Shown here piece after piece: positions 21,911 through 31,666 of a stretch of DNA of 64,000 bases. The translations under genes and the position numbers were made by a program. Source of the stretch: an uncultured Pseudomonadota bacterium (GTDB taxonomy: Bacteria > Pseudomonadota > Gammaproteobacteria > Steroidobacterales > Steroidobacteraceae); NCBI GenBank assembly GCA_902826575.1, contig CADEFJ010000002.1:34771-98770 (forward strand), read 5' to 3'. The notes under the pieces were generated by a model that did not search any database, was not told the DNA's origin, and saw only the letters and a program-made list of their open reading frames with translations. Numbering within the stretch: the stretch's first letter is position 1; each line of letters starts with the position of its first letter.

Positions 21911-23328
21911 GCCAGGCACGCATTCCGGTCACGGTGCTCACCGGCTTCCTCGGCGCCGGCAAGACCACGCTGCTGAACCGCATACTGACCGAGCAGCACG
22001 GCAAGCGCATCGCGGTGATCGAGAACGAGTTCGGCGAGGTCGGCGTCGACCAGGCGCTGGTGATCGGCGCCGACGAGGAATTGTTCGAGACCAACAACGG
22101 CTGCATCTGCTGCACCGTGCGCGGCGACCTGCTGCGCATCCTCGGCCAGCTCATGCGCCGGCGCGACAAGTTCGACTATGTGCTGATCGAGACCACCGGA
22201 CTTGCGGATCCCGGCCCTGTCGCGCAGACATTCTTCCTCGACGATGAGCTGCGCGAACAGTTCGTGCTCGACGCCATCGTCACGCTGGTCGACGCGCGGC
22301 ATTTCGAGGGACAGCTCGCCAGCACGCGCGAAGCGGCCGAGCAAGTGGCGTTTGCCGACATCATCGTGCTCAACAAGACCGACCTGGTCGATGCGACCGC
22401 GGTGGCACGCGTCGAATCGCAGCTGCGCGGCATGAACCGCACGGCCACGATTCATCGCGCGCAGAACGCGGACGTGGCGATAGGCAAGCTGCTCGGCATC
22501 GGTGCGTTCGACCTCGATCGCGCGCTCGCCGTGGACGGCTCGTTCCTCGCGCCGGAGTATCCGTTCGAGTGGGCGGGCGCCTATGCGCTCGAAGCGGGCG
22601 AGCACGCGCTGCGGGTCGTGGGCGAAGCACAGGCGGCGCACGATCACGATGATCGTGGGCACACGCATGATCGCGAACACGACCAGGACCCTGCGCACGA
22701 TCATGACCACGACCACGACCACGACCACGGCCACGGTCACGGCGTGAAGGCCGCGCTGCTGCCGCTCCCGGCGCCGACTTCGGCCGGCATCGATGCGGCG
22801 CTGGACGCCGCCGTGCGCGCCTTCGCCGCACCGGTACAGAACGTCCCGTGCGGTGGCCACTTCACACCCGCCGAACATCCCTGGTCACTCGATATCGCGC
22901 ACCAGGGCGCAGCGGCAGCCGTGCACATCGCAAAGAATGGCGCCTACGGCCTGTTCCTGGACCACAGCCCGACGAGCCCTCTGGCTGTAATCCGTTCGCC
23001 CCTCGCCGTTCGCTCGTTCCCTTCCCATCGCCATTCGCCCATCAGTTCCATCGGCATCGAAGACCCACGGGCGCTCGACCCGGCCAAACTCAATGCCTGG
23101 CTGTCCTACCTGCTGCAAAGCCGTGGCCAGGACATCTTCCGCATGAAGGGCGTGTTGCACCTCAAGGGCGAGGCGCGCCAGTACGTCTTCCACGGCGTGC
23201 ACATGATGTTCGACGGGCGGCCCGGCAAACCCTGGGGCGACGCCGCGCGCATCAATCGCCTCGTGTTCATCGGCCGCGACCTCGACCGCAACGAGCTCGA
23301 GGCGGGATTCGAGTCAGCGCTCGCGTGA
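21907..23328 (+). CDS. COG0523 (CobW/ZigA-like) metallochaperone GTPase with His/Asp-rich insert
   Basis: ATGA overlap with the upstream gene. It has the P-loop [12 protein letters not shown], the metal motif GCICCTV, the insert [35 protein letters not shown], and a CobW_C-like tail. Confidence 0.88.
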   Translation: MSQARIPVTVLTGFLGAGKTTLLNRILTEQHGKRIAVIENEFGEVGVDQALVIGADEELFETNNGCICCTVRGDLLRILGQLMRRRDKFDYVLIETTGLADPGPVAQTFFLDDELREQFVLDAIVTLVDARHFEGQLASTREAAEQVAFADIIVLNKTDLVDATAVARVESQLRGMNRTATIHRAQNADVAIGKLLGIGAFDLDRALAVDGSFLAPEYPFEWAGAYALEAGEHALRVVGEAQAAHDHDDRGHTHDREHDQDPAHDHDHDHDHDHGHGHGVKAALLPLPAPTSAGIDAALDAAVRAFAAPVQNVPCGGHFTPAEHPWSLDIAHQGAAAAVHIAKNGAYGLFLDHSPTSPLAVIRSPLAVRSFPSHRHSPISSIGIEDPRALDPAKLNAWLSYLLQSRGQDIFRMKGVLHLKGEARQYVFHGVHMMFDGRPGKPWGDAARINRLVFIGRDLDRNELEAGFESALA

Positions 23329-24347
23329 ACGCGAAGCTGAAGCCAGCGCGGCTCGATGCACTGTGGACGATGGACGTCGGGGACTTTCCGACGGCACTGG
23401 CATGGCTCGCGGACGGCGCGCAACTCGTGGCGGGCACGGGAGCGGGCGACGTGTGCCTCATTGCCGCGCAGGGCGGCGCAATGCGCGTGATCGGCCGGCA
23501 CGAGAACGGCGTGCTCGCGGTCGCGGCCCGCGGCGACGGCGCCCGAATCGCCACCGCAGGACAGGACGGCGAGATCGCCGAATGGAACGCCCACTCCGGC
23601 GACCTGCTGCAGCGGCGCGCGCGTCGGCAGTGGGTGGAGCACCTTGCCTATCAACCGGGCGGCAAGCAGCTCGCATCGGCGGCGGGCAAGTCCGTGGACC
23701 TGTGGTCCGAGGCGGGCGAGCTCGTGCACAGCTTCGAGGGACACGGCGGCGTGGTCGCGGCGCTTGCATGGGATGGATCGAAGCGCCTCGCCGCCGCCGC
23801 GTTCGGTGGCGTGTGGCTGCACACGATCGTGCCCGGCGCCCATGCCACCGAAGCGTTGCCATGGAAGGGGGCGCCGCTCACGCTCGTCGTGAGTCCGAAC
23901 GGCAAGACCATCGCCTGCGGCATGCAGGATGGCAGCGTGCACTTCTGGCGCCGCCCGGGCGGACACCATTCGCAGATGTCGGGCTATGCGCACAAGGTGC
24001 GCGAGACCAGCTGGAGTGCCAACAGCCGCTGGCTCGCGACCGGCGGCGGCAATGCGGTCGTGTTGTGGGATTTCGGCGGCAGGGGTCCCGAGGGCACGCG
24101 TCCGGTCCAGCTCGAAGGGCATACCGATCGGCTCACCGCCGTGGCGTTCCAGCGCGAGGGCGGGCATCTGGTATCGGGTGGCCGCGACTGGCGCCTGTCA
24201 CTATGGCGTCCCGGCAGCACCACACTCGCGCTCGACGCGCACCTGCTGGGCGCGCCGGTGTGCGCGCTCGCCTGGTCACCCGACAGTCGGCGCGTGGCGG
24301 TCGCCTGCGAGAACGGCGAGATCGCGCTTTACGCGCTCGCGGCCTGA
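23325..24347 (+). CDS. WD40 repeat (beta-propeller) protein, cytoplasmic
   Basis: The GTG at 23325 overlaps the COG0523 stop (GTGA). WD-type blades recur ([52 protein letters not shown]). Confidence 0.8.
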   Translation: MNAKLKPARLDALWTMDVGDFPTALAWLADGAQLVAGTGAGDVCLIAAQGGAMRVIGRHENGVLAVAARGDGARIATAGQDGEIAEWNAHSGDLLQRRARRQWVEHLAYQPGGKQLASAAGKSVDLWSEAGELVHSFEGHGGVVAALAWDGSKRLAAAAFGGVWLHTIVPGAHATEALPWKGAPLTLVVSPNGKTIACGMQDGSVHFWRRPGGHHSQMSGYAHKVRETSWSANSRWLATGGGNAVVLWDFGGRGPEGTRPVQLEGHTDRLTAVAFQREGGHLVSGGRDWRLSLWRPGSTTLALDAHLLGAPVCALAWSPDSRRVAVACENGEIALYALAA

Positions 24348-24370
24348 GGCGAGCCTGCCGACTGAGGCCG

Positions 24371-25507
24371 CTACCAGCGGTACCCGGGTATCGGGCGCTG
24401 CGCCTGCACCGGCAGGCGCACCCGCGCGCCGAGCGAGGCGTAGGCATTGAGCTGCGCGTTGAATGCCTGGGTCCAGCTGAGGCGCAGCGCGTGCGCGCGT
24501 GCGGCGATGGCGAGGGCGTCGAGGTCGCGGTCGTACAGCGACGCGATGGCCTCCGCCATGCTCGCGCCATCGTGGGGCGCGGCGAGCTGCCCGACAGACT
24601 CGTCGACAAGCTCGGGAACGGCCCCGGCGCGCGCCGCCACCACGGGCCGGCCGCAAGCGAGCGCTTCGACGATCACGAGACCGAAGGTTTCCCTCGTCCC
24701 CGCGTGCACGAGCGCATCGCAGGAGGCGATCCAGCGCGCGAGTTCGCCGCTTTCGCGCCGATAGGGAATGGCAGTGACATTGTCCGCGAACTGCTTCGAC
24801 TCCCCGCCGCCAATGAGCAGCAGGTGATACGGCGCGCCGAGCCGCGCGAACGCATCGAAAAGCACCGGCAGGTTCTTCTCGCCCGAGAAGCGCCCGGCAA
24901 ACACGAGCAAACGCGTGTTCTTCGCAAGGCCGAGTTCACGGCGCACGTCGAGCGTGCGCTGCGCAGGATTGAAAGTGTCGACGTCGACACCGAGCGGCTG
25001 GCAGATCACCCGGCTGATGCCCAGGTCGTGCAGGTAATCGCGCACGAAGCGGCTGGGTGCGAACACGGCATCGAAGCGCGAATACAGCCAGCGTATGTAA
25101 CGTGCGAAGCCTGCGCCGATCGCCCTGCCGACGCGTTGGCTGACGAGCTCGGGCAGGTTCGAATGGAAGAACGCGACGAGCGGAATCCCGCGACGTTGCG
25201 CGATGCGCGCGGCACACCACGCCGGATGGAATGCGTCACCGACTTCGATCAGGTCCGGTTCGAGTGCGTCGAGCGAGGCGGCCCAGCGCTGCGGATCGAG
25301 CGGCAGGCGATAGTTGAAAGTGCCCGGCACGTGCGTGCCGCGCAGGGTCGAGATGCCGCCCGCCTCGATGTGTTCCCGTTCGCCGGGCACGAGCAGCGTA
25401 TGGCGATACGGCGCCCGCGCCGCATACCACGCATGCTTCGCGTCGAGATAGCGCTTGACGCCGCCGCTCGTCGGCGAGAAGAACAAGGTTGTATCGACGA
25501 TATGCAT
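24371..25507 (-). CDS. glycosyltransferase family 4 (GT-B)
   Basis: 378 aa. It has the C-terminal EX7E-like region ETFGLVIVEALACGRPVV. Confidence 0.85.
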   Translation of the reverse strand: MHIVDTTLFFSPTSGGVKRYLDAKHAWYAARAPYRHTLLVPGEREHIEAGGISTLRGTHVPGTFNYRLPLDPQRWAASLDALEPDLIEVGDAFHPAWCAARIAQRRGIPLVAFFHSNLPELVSQRVGRAIGAGFARYIRWLYSRFDAVFAPSRFVRDYLHDLGISRVICQPLGVDVDTFNPAQRTLDVRRELGLAKNTRLLVFAGRFSGEKNLPVLFDAFARLGAPYHLLLIGGGESKQFADNVTAIPYRRESGELARWIASCDALVHAGTRETFGLVIVEALACGRPVVAARAGAVPELVDESVGQLAAPHDGASMAEAIASLYDRDLDALAIAARAHALRLSWTQAFNAQLNAYASLGARVRLPVQAQRPIPGYRW

Positions 25508-25624
25508 GATGTCTGGTTCGTCGACTGTTCACCGGCTCCCCTGCCGGCATGGCAGATTGCAACCGCCCGTAACGATGGTGTCAAGCGCATTGCGACATCT
25601 GGCCGGCCAGCGCAGACTGGCCTG

Positions 25625-26932
25625 ATGAGAACGATTCCCTTCCTCGTGTTGATGGCCTGTGGAGCAGTCCTGGGCGTTGTCCGTGCCGCGGGCACCGACG
25701 ATGCAGCCCTCGCGGCGATGGTCGAGAAGGTGAACCCAGCCGTCGTCGCATGGCGACGCGACTTCCACCAGCATCCCGAACTTTCCAATCGCGAGGTGCG
25801 CACCGCGGGTATCGTCGCGAAGCACCTGCAGGGCCTTGGCCTCGAAGTACAGACGGGGGTCGCGAAGACCGGTGTCGTGGCAGTACTCGAGGGTGCTCGT
25901 CCGGGGCCAACCATCGTGTTGCGCGCCGACATGGATGCGTTGCCGGTGACCGAGCAGACCGACGTGCCGTTTCGTTCCACCGTCACTACCACCTATCGTG
26001 ACGAGACCGTCGGCGTGATGCATGCCTGTGGCCATGATGCCCACGTGGCCATCCTGATGGGAGTGGCGGAAATTCTCACGCGGCTGCGCGCGCAGTTGCC
26101 CGGCAAAGTCGTGTTCCTGTTCCAGCCGGCCGAAGAGGGTCCGCCTGAAGGCGAAGAGGGCGGCGCGCAGCTGATGTTGAAGGAAGGCGTGTTCGCGCGG
26201 CACCAGCCGGCAGCGGTGTTCGGCCTGCACGTGCATTCGATGTTGCCCGCAGGCGAGATCGGGTTTCGCCCCGGCGCCTTCATGGCCGGCGCCGACACCT
26301 ACCGGTTGACGGTGACCGGCCGGCAGACCCACGGCGCGCGGCCGTGGATGGGTATCGATCCGGTCGTGGTGGCGGCGCAGATCGTCACGTCGCTGCAGAC
26401 CGTGGTGAGTCGCCAGGTCGACCTCACCCTGAACCCGGCGATCGTGAGCGTGTCGGTGATCCGCGGCGGCGTGCGCCACAACATCATTCCGGGCAGCGTC
26501 GAAATGCTCGGCACCATCCGAACCTTCAGCGACGCGCAGCGCGCCGAGGTGCTCGAGAGCGTGGAGCGCATTGCGACCCATGTCGCCGCGGCGAGCGGCG
26601 CCAGCGCGAAGTTCGAGCTGACCGCCATGCCGCTCCCTGTCACCTACAACGATCCGGCGCTGATGCAGCGCACTGCCGCGACGCTGGCGCGGGTGGTCGG
26701 CAGCGACAACATGAAGCCGCTCGCCGTGCAGACGCCCTCGGAGGACTACGCCTTCTACGCTCGCGAGGCGCCGGCGGTGTTTTTCTGGGTTGGGGTCGCC
26801 AAACCCGGCGCCGACCCGGCCACCGTCGCGGAGAATCACTCGCCGCTCTTCTATATCGACGAGAGCGCACTGCCGGTGGGCGTGCGCGCGCTGACGCAAC
26901 TCGCCGTCGACTACCTCACAGGGACGATGTAA
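25625..26932 (+). CDS. M20D family amidohydrolase (N-acyl-amino-acid/hippurate hydrolase-like), exported
   Basis: Only the last 435 aa of the 1189-aa track ORF look real. It has a signal peptide followed by [24 protein letters not shown] and FLFQPAEEG. Confidence 0.88.
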   Translation: MRTIPFLVLMACGAVLGVVRAAGTDDAALAAMVEKVNPAVVAWRRDFHQHPELSNREVRTAGIVAKHLQGLGLEVQTGVAKTGVVAVLEGARPGPTIVLRADMDALPVTEQTDVPFRSTVTTTYRDETVGVMHACGHDAHVAILMGVAEILTRLRAQLPGKVVFLFQPAEEGPPEGEEGGAQLMLKEGVFARHQPAAVFGLHVHSMLPAGEIGFRPGAFMAGADTYRLTVTGRQTHGARPWMGIDPVVVAAQIVTSLQTVVSRQVDLTLNPAIVSVSVIRGGVRHNIIPGSVEMLGTIRTFSDAQRAEVLESVERIATHVAAASGASAKFELTAMPLPVTYNDPALMQRTAATLARVVGSDNMKPLAVQTPSEDYAFYAREAPAVFFWVGVAKPGADPATVAENHSPLFYIDESALPVGVRALTQLAVDYLTGTM

Positions 26933-29057
26933 CCGGCAGGCGCCGGATCCGCTTGCCGGTCGCCGCGAAGATCGCGTTGCAGACCGCGGGCGCCACCGGC
27001 GGCACGCCCGGCTCGCCGGCACCGCCCATGGGCCCGTCGCCCGCCACCAGGATCGTGTCGACGAACGGCATCTGCCCGATGCGCAGCAGCGGGTAGTCGT
27101 CGAAGTTCGACTGCACGGCGCGACCCGCTTCGATGCGGATCTCGCCATGGAGTGCCGCAGTGAGTCCGAAGACCACCGCGCTTTCCATCTGCGCGATGAC
27201 CCCCGCCGGATTGACCGCGAGGCCGCAATCGATCGCGCAGGTCATGCGATGCACGCGCACCGCGCCGCCCTTGACCGACACTTCGGCGACCTGGGCGACG
27301 ATGCTGCCGAACGATTCCTGCAGCGCGATGCCATGGAAATGCCCGGGTTCGAGTGCTCGTCCCCAGCCGGCGCGTTGCGCCGCGGCGTTGAGCACCGCGA
27401 GGTGGCGCGGCTTGTCCGCGAGCAGGACGCGGCGCACGGAGAGCGGATCGCGGCCGCCGAGCGCTGCGAGTTCGTCGATCGCGCTGTTGACGGCGAATGC
27501 GGTGTGCGAATGGCCCACCGAACGCCACCATTGCACCGGCACCACGGAATGCGCCTCGTGCACGCTGACGCGCAGATTCGCGATTGCATACGGCATATGC
27601 ATCGCGCCTTCGACGATCGAGGGATCCGGCTGGTCCTTCGGGATGAAGCCCGCGAACAGCGTCCCGCGCAGCAACGGTTGCGTGGCGAGCGTGTGGTGCC
27701 AGGCGAGCGGCAGGCCGTCGGCATCGACAGCGGCGCGGATGCGGCTCAGGCCGAACGGCCGGTACCAGCCTGCGCGCATGTCGTCCTCGCGGGTCCAGGT
27801 GATCTTGACGGGCCTTCCCGCCTCGCGCGCGAGTTCGACCGCCTCGAGCACGAAGTCGGATTGCGGATTGGCGCGCCGCCCGAAGCCGCCGCCGAGGAAC
27901 TGGGTGTGGATCTGCACCTGCTCGGGCCGCATGCCGAGCAGCGCGGCGGCGGCGTCGCGATCCGGGCTCTGGAACTGCGTGCCGGTCCAGACCTCGCAGC
28001 CCTCGGCCGTGACGTGCGCGACGCAGTTGAGCGGCTCCATGCACGCATGCGCGAGGAACGGCAACTCGTACTCGACATCGATGGCGCGAGCGCCGCTGCC
28101 GAGCGCCGCATCGACGTCACCGACGTCCTGTGCGGTGACTCCTTGCTGCTGCAGCAAGGCGCGATACTGGGTGCGGAGCCCGTCGGTCGACAGCGCGGCT
28201 CCTGCGCCTTCGTCCCATTCGATGCGGAGCGCATCGCGACCCTGGAGCGCCGCCCACGTGTGGGTCGCGAGTACCGCGACACCGGCCGAAACGCGCTTGA
28301 CGTCGAGCACGCCGGGCACGGCACGCGCGCCCGAATCATCGAACGAGCGCAACCTGCCACCGAACACCGGTGAACGCGCGAGCGCCGCGTGCGCCATGTC
28401 GGGGCGAATGACGTCGATGCCGAACCGGGCGCGCCCGGTGATTTTCAGATCGCTGTCGAGGCGGCGCAGCGGGCGCCCGATGTAGCGGAAGTTCGCCGGA
28501 TCCTTGAGAACGACGTTGCGTGGCGGCTTGCGCCGCGCCGCTTCAATCGCGAGTTCGCCATAAGTGGCACTCCCGTCGGGGCCAAGCACTTTGCCGTCGT
28601 GTGTGCGGAGCGTAGCCGCGGCGACGCCCCAGCGTTTCGCCGCTGCGGCCACCAGCATCGCGCGTGCGCTCGCACCAGCCATGCGCAGCTGCTCGTAGCT
28701 CGTGTTGATGCTCATGCTGCCGCCGGTGAACTGCAGCGGCGCGAACGGGCTGTTGTAGGCCGCATCGACCGGCGCGAACTCGATGCGCAGTTTGCGCGGA
28801 TCGACGTCCAGTTCCTCGCCGAGGATCTGTGCGAGGGCGGTGTACACACCCTGGCCCATCTCCGACTTGGCGAGCCACACGGTGACCGTGTTGTCCGGTG
28901 CCACGTGCACCCAGGCGTTCGGCGCGAGACCCGCGCCGCGGCTGGCGGCCAGTGGCAGGCCGCCGGGTCCGGCACGCTGGCCGAGATACCACGGTACGAC
29001 CAGCCCGGCGGCGACGGCGGTGCCGCCGATCAGGAACATGCGCCGATCGGACCTCAT
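26916..29057 (-). CDS. molybdopterin-binding subunit of an IorAB/aldehyde-oxidase-type oxidoreductase (Tat signal)
   Basis: The start at 29057 ([18 protein letters not shown], Tat-like) overlaps the small-subunit stop (ATGA). The xanthine dehydrogenase family large-subunit pattern runs throughout. Confidence 0.88.
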   Translation of the reverse strand: MRSDRRMFLIGGTAVAAGLVVPWYLGQRAGPGGLPLAASRGAGLAPNAWVHVAPDNTVTVWLAKSEMGQGVYTALAQILGEELDVDPRKLRIEFAPVDAAYNSPFAPLQFTGGSMSINTSYEQLRMAGASARAMLVAAAAKRWGVAAATLRTHDGKVLGPDGSATYGELAIEAARRKPPRNVVLKDPANFRYIGRPLRRLDSDLKITGRARFGIDVIRPDMAHAALARSPVFGGRLRSFDDSGARAVPGVLDVKRVSAGVAVLATHTWAALQGRDALRIEWDEGAGAALSTDGLRTQYRALLQQQGVTAQDVGDVDAALGSGARAIDVEYELPFLAHACMEPLNCVAHVTAEGCEVWTGTQFQSPDRDAAAALLGMRPEQVQIHTQFLGGGFGRRANPQSDFVLEAVELAREAGRPVKITWTREDDMRAGWYRPFGLSRIRAAVDADGLPLAWHHTLATQPLLRGTLFAGFIPKDQPDPSIVEGAMHMPYAIANLRVSVHEAHSVVPVQWWRSVGHSHTAFAVNSAIDELAALGGRDPLSVRRVLLADKPRHLAVLNAAAQRAGWGRALEPGHFHGIALQESFGSIVAQVAEVSVKGGAVRVHRMTCAIDCGLAVNPAGVIAQMESAVVFGLTAALHGEIRIEAGRAVQSNFDDYPLLRIGQMPFVDTILVAGDGPMGGAGEPGVPPVAPAVCNAIFAATGKRIRRLPVTSSL

Positions 29058-29515
29058 GGCGGCCCGGCCAGTTCGGCAGCGCGCTTGATCGCCGCGCGAA
29101 TGCGCTGGTAGGTGCCGCAGCGGCACAGGTTGCCGCTCATTGCGGCGTCGATGTCCTCGTCGGTCGGCCGGGGCGTTGTCGCGAGCAATGCCGCGGCGCT
29201 CATGATCTGGCCCGACTGGCAGTAACCGCACTGCACGACATCGAGTTCGGACCAGGCGAGTTGCACCGGATGACTGCCGTCGGGAGAGAGGCCCTCGATC
29301 GTCGTGATGCTGCGGCCTTGGGCAGCTGCCAGCGGCGTGATGCAGGCGCGAACCGGCGCGCCGTCGAGATGCACCGTGCAGGCGCCACACAACGCCTTGC
29401 CGCAACCGAACTTCGTGCCGGTAAGCCCGGCGATGTCGCGCAAGGCCCAAAGGAGCGGCATGGCCGGGTCGGCGTCCAGCTCGCGGCGCTCGCCATTGAT
29501 CTGCAATGTAATCAT
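29054..29515 (-). CDS. (2Fe-2S)-binding small subunit of IorAB/aldehyde-oxidase-type oxidoreductase
   Basis: It has both cluster motifs, [12 protein letters not shown] and [10 protein letters not shown]...CRCGTY. Confidence 0.92.
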   Translation of the reverse strand: MITLQINGERRELDADPAMPLLWALRDIAGLTGTKFGCGKALCGACTVHLDGAPVRACITPLAAAQGRSITTIEGLSPDGSHPVQLAWSELDVVQCGYCQSGQIMSAAALLATTPRPTDEDIDAAMSGNLCRCGTYQRIRAAIKRAAELAGPP

Positions 29516-29566
29516 GGCGCCGATGTTACGAGGTTGGCTATCCTCGCGGCAAAGGGGGACTCAGGT

Positions 29567-30370
29567 ATGCGAGACACGGTGCGGTTGGTGCGTCTGTTGG
29601 CGGTGCTGTTCGCGGCGGCGATTGCGTCGGCCTGTGCGGGCGCCGGCACGCAGCGCGGACCGGCCACGGCCACGGCCACGGCCCCGGCGCTGGTGCTGGT
29701 CACCGGCGCGACGGGCGGCACCGGTCGGGAAGTCGTCGACCAGGCACTCGAGGCGGGCTATGCGGTGCGCGCGCTGGTGCGCGACGAGGCGAAGGCGCGC
29801 GCGCTGTTCGGCGATCGCGTGAGCTACGTTGCCCTCGACGTGCGTGACGGTGCCGCGATCCCCGCGGCAGTGGCGGGCGTCGATTACGTGATTTCGACGC
29901 TCGGCTCGGGCGCGCGCAGCGATCCGACCAATACTCCCGAGCTGATCGACTACGGCGCCGTGAAGGCGCTCGCGCAGAGTGCGCAGGCGGCCGAGGTGAA
30001 GCAGTTCGTGTTGCTCCCGGCGATGGGTGTCACCGACCCCGATCACATGCTCAACAAGGTCCTGAACAACGTGCTTCTCTGGAAGAAGCGCGGCGAGGAC
30101 GCGCTGCGCGCAACGGGGATGCCGTATACGATCGTGCGCCCTGGCGGGCTGCGCGATGGCGACAAAGGCGCCTCCGGTGGCCTCGTCGTGCTGCAAGGCG
30201 ACCCGCAGCGGCTCGGCCAGGTGACGCGCGGCGACGTGGCGGCGATTCTCGTCGCGGCGCTCGCCAATGACGCGGCACTCTTCCGGACCTTCGAGGTGAT
30301 CAGCGACCCGAGCGGCTCTCCGCCCGACTGGAGCACATTCTTCGACGGCCTCGAGCCGGACGAGCGCTGA
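29567..30370 (+). CDS. NmrA/atypical-SDR-like NAD(P)-binding protein with N-terminal hydrophobic signal/anchor
   Basis: It has the Rossmann motif LVTGATGGTGREV, preceded by MRDTVRLVRLLAVLFAAAIASAC (signal or lipobox-like) and a PATATATAP linker. Confidence 0.8.
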   Translation: MRDTVRLVRLLAVLFAAAIASACAGAGTQRGPATATATAPALVLVTGATGGTGREVVDQALEAGYAVRALVRDEAKARALFGDRVSYVALDVRDGAAIPAAVAGVDYVISTLGSGARSDPTNTPELIDYGAVKALAQSAQAAEVKQFVLLPAMGVTDPDHMLNKVLNNVLLWKKRGEDALRATGMPYTIVRPGGLRDGDKGASGGLVVLQGDPQRLGQVTRGDVAAILVAALANDAALFRTFEVISDPSGSPPDWSTFFDGLEPDER

Positions 30371-31666
30371 GTGGCGAGCGTGCACGGCACCGGAGGAACC
30401 GCGCTCACACGCTGGCTCGGCCGCGTCGCAGGCGTCGAGCCACGCGAGGCACCGGCGGTCATCGCCGCATTCCTGCTGTTCTTCTTCGTGCTGGGCGGCT
30501 ATTTCGCCGTGCGACCGGTGCGCGAGACGATCGCCACGATCCTCGGCGGCGAGCGCGTCGCGGATCTGTGGATCATCACCTCGATCGGCGCGGTGATCAT
30601 CGTGCCGCTCTACGGCTGGCTGGTCGGCCGCGTGCGTCGCTCGCTGCTGCTGCCCTCGATCTACGGCTTCGTCGCGGTCTCGCTGGTGTTGTTCGGGCTG
30701 GCGTTCGGCGCCCGGCCCGGGGACACGCTGGTGGGCGCCGTGTTCTATGTCTGGATCAGCGTGCTCAACCTGATGCTGGTGTCGGTGTTCTGGAGCTTCC
30801 TGCTCGAGCTGTTCGACGATGCGCAGGTGAAGCGGCTGTTCGGAGTCATCGCGGCCGGCGGCACCGCTGGAGCGCTGGTCGGGCCATTGCTCACCGACCT
30901 GACCGTGCAGCACGTCGGCAACCTCGGCGTGCTGTTCATTGGAGCCGCGATGTTCGTCGGCGCCATCGCCGCCCAGCGCGTGCTGCTCGCGATCTGGAAG
31001 GACACGCCGTCCGGGCGGCTGCCGGCGGCGGACCGCGGCCTCGGCGGCAATCCGTTCGCGGGCTTCGCGATCGTAGCGCGCTCGCCGTACCTGCTGATGC
31101 TTGCACTGTTCGTCGTGCTGCTCTCGACGGCCAATACGCTGCTGTACTTCGAGCAGCTCAGCATCGTGCGCGAAACCTTCGCGGATCCCGCGCGGCGCAC
31201 CCAGGTCTTCGCGCGCATCGACTACGTGGTGCAGACACTCACGGTGCTGTCGCAAATATTCCTCACCGGGCGCATCGCGGCGACCTTCGGCGTGCGCACG
31301 CTGCTGGTGATGGTGCCGCTCGCCATGGTGGCCGGGTTCGCCGCCCTTGCGGCGGTCGGTGGCTTCGCGGTGCTGGCCGCCGTCATGGTGCTGCGCCGCT
31401 GGGGCGAGTACGCCTTCATCCGTCCGGGCCGCGAGATGCTTTTCAGCCGGCTCGACACGGAAGCGAAGTACAAGGCCAAGAACCTGATCGACGTGCCGGT
31501 CTACCGCGGCGCCGACATGCTGGTGGCGCAGCTGCAGAACGCGCTGCGCGCCGGCGGCCTGTCAGGCGCAGGTGTTGCGATGCTGGGGGCGGGTGCCGCG
31601 CTGTGCTGGGCGGGCGTGGGCTGGTGGCTCGGCAGTCGGCACGAGCGCGACAACAAGCAGCGCTAG
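30371..31666 (+). CDS. MFS-type transporter resembling the TLC (ATP:ADP antiporter / Npt) family
   Basis: The GTG immediately follows the upstream stop. It has about 11-12 TM helices. FLLFFFVLGGYFAVRPVRE and FWSFLLELFDDAQVKRLFGVIAAGGTAG resemble TLC-family motifs as I remember them, but no HMM check was done. Confidence 0.6.
   Translation: MASVHGTGGTALTRWLGRVAGVEPREAPAVIAAFLLFFFVLGGYFAVRPVRETIATILGGERVADLWIITSIGAVIIVPLYGWLVGRVRRSLLLPSIYGFVAVSLVLFGLAFGARPGDTLVGAVFYVWISVLNLMLVSVFWSFLLELFDDAQVKRLFGVIAAGGTAGALVGPLLTDLTVQHVGNLGVLFIGAAMFVGAIAAQRVLLAIWKDTPSGRLPAADRGLGGNPFAGFAIVARSPYLLMLALFVVLLSTANTLLYFEQLSIVRETFADPARRTQVFARIDYVVQTLTVLSQIFLTGRIAATFGVRTLLVMVPLAMVAGFAALAAVGGFAVLAAVMVLRRWGEYAFIRPGREMLFSRLDTEAKYKAKNLIDVPVYRGADMLVAQLQNALRAGGLSGAGVAMLGAGAALCWAGVGWWLGSRHERDNKQR

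Noticed and set aside
23363-25624. N-terminal 750 aa of the 1189-aa ORF 23363..26932
   Set aside because: This stretch is Arg-rich nonsense that overlaps the WD40 gene and runs antisense to the glycosyltransferase gene. A clean signal peptide and the M20 motifs begin only at 25625.
26916-29450. 844-aa version of the molybdopterin subunit
   Set aside because: The first 131 codons overlap the 2Fe-2S subunit gene out of frame. A Tat-type start ([12 protein letters not shown]) at 29057 forms an ATGA junction with the small-subunit stop.
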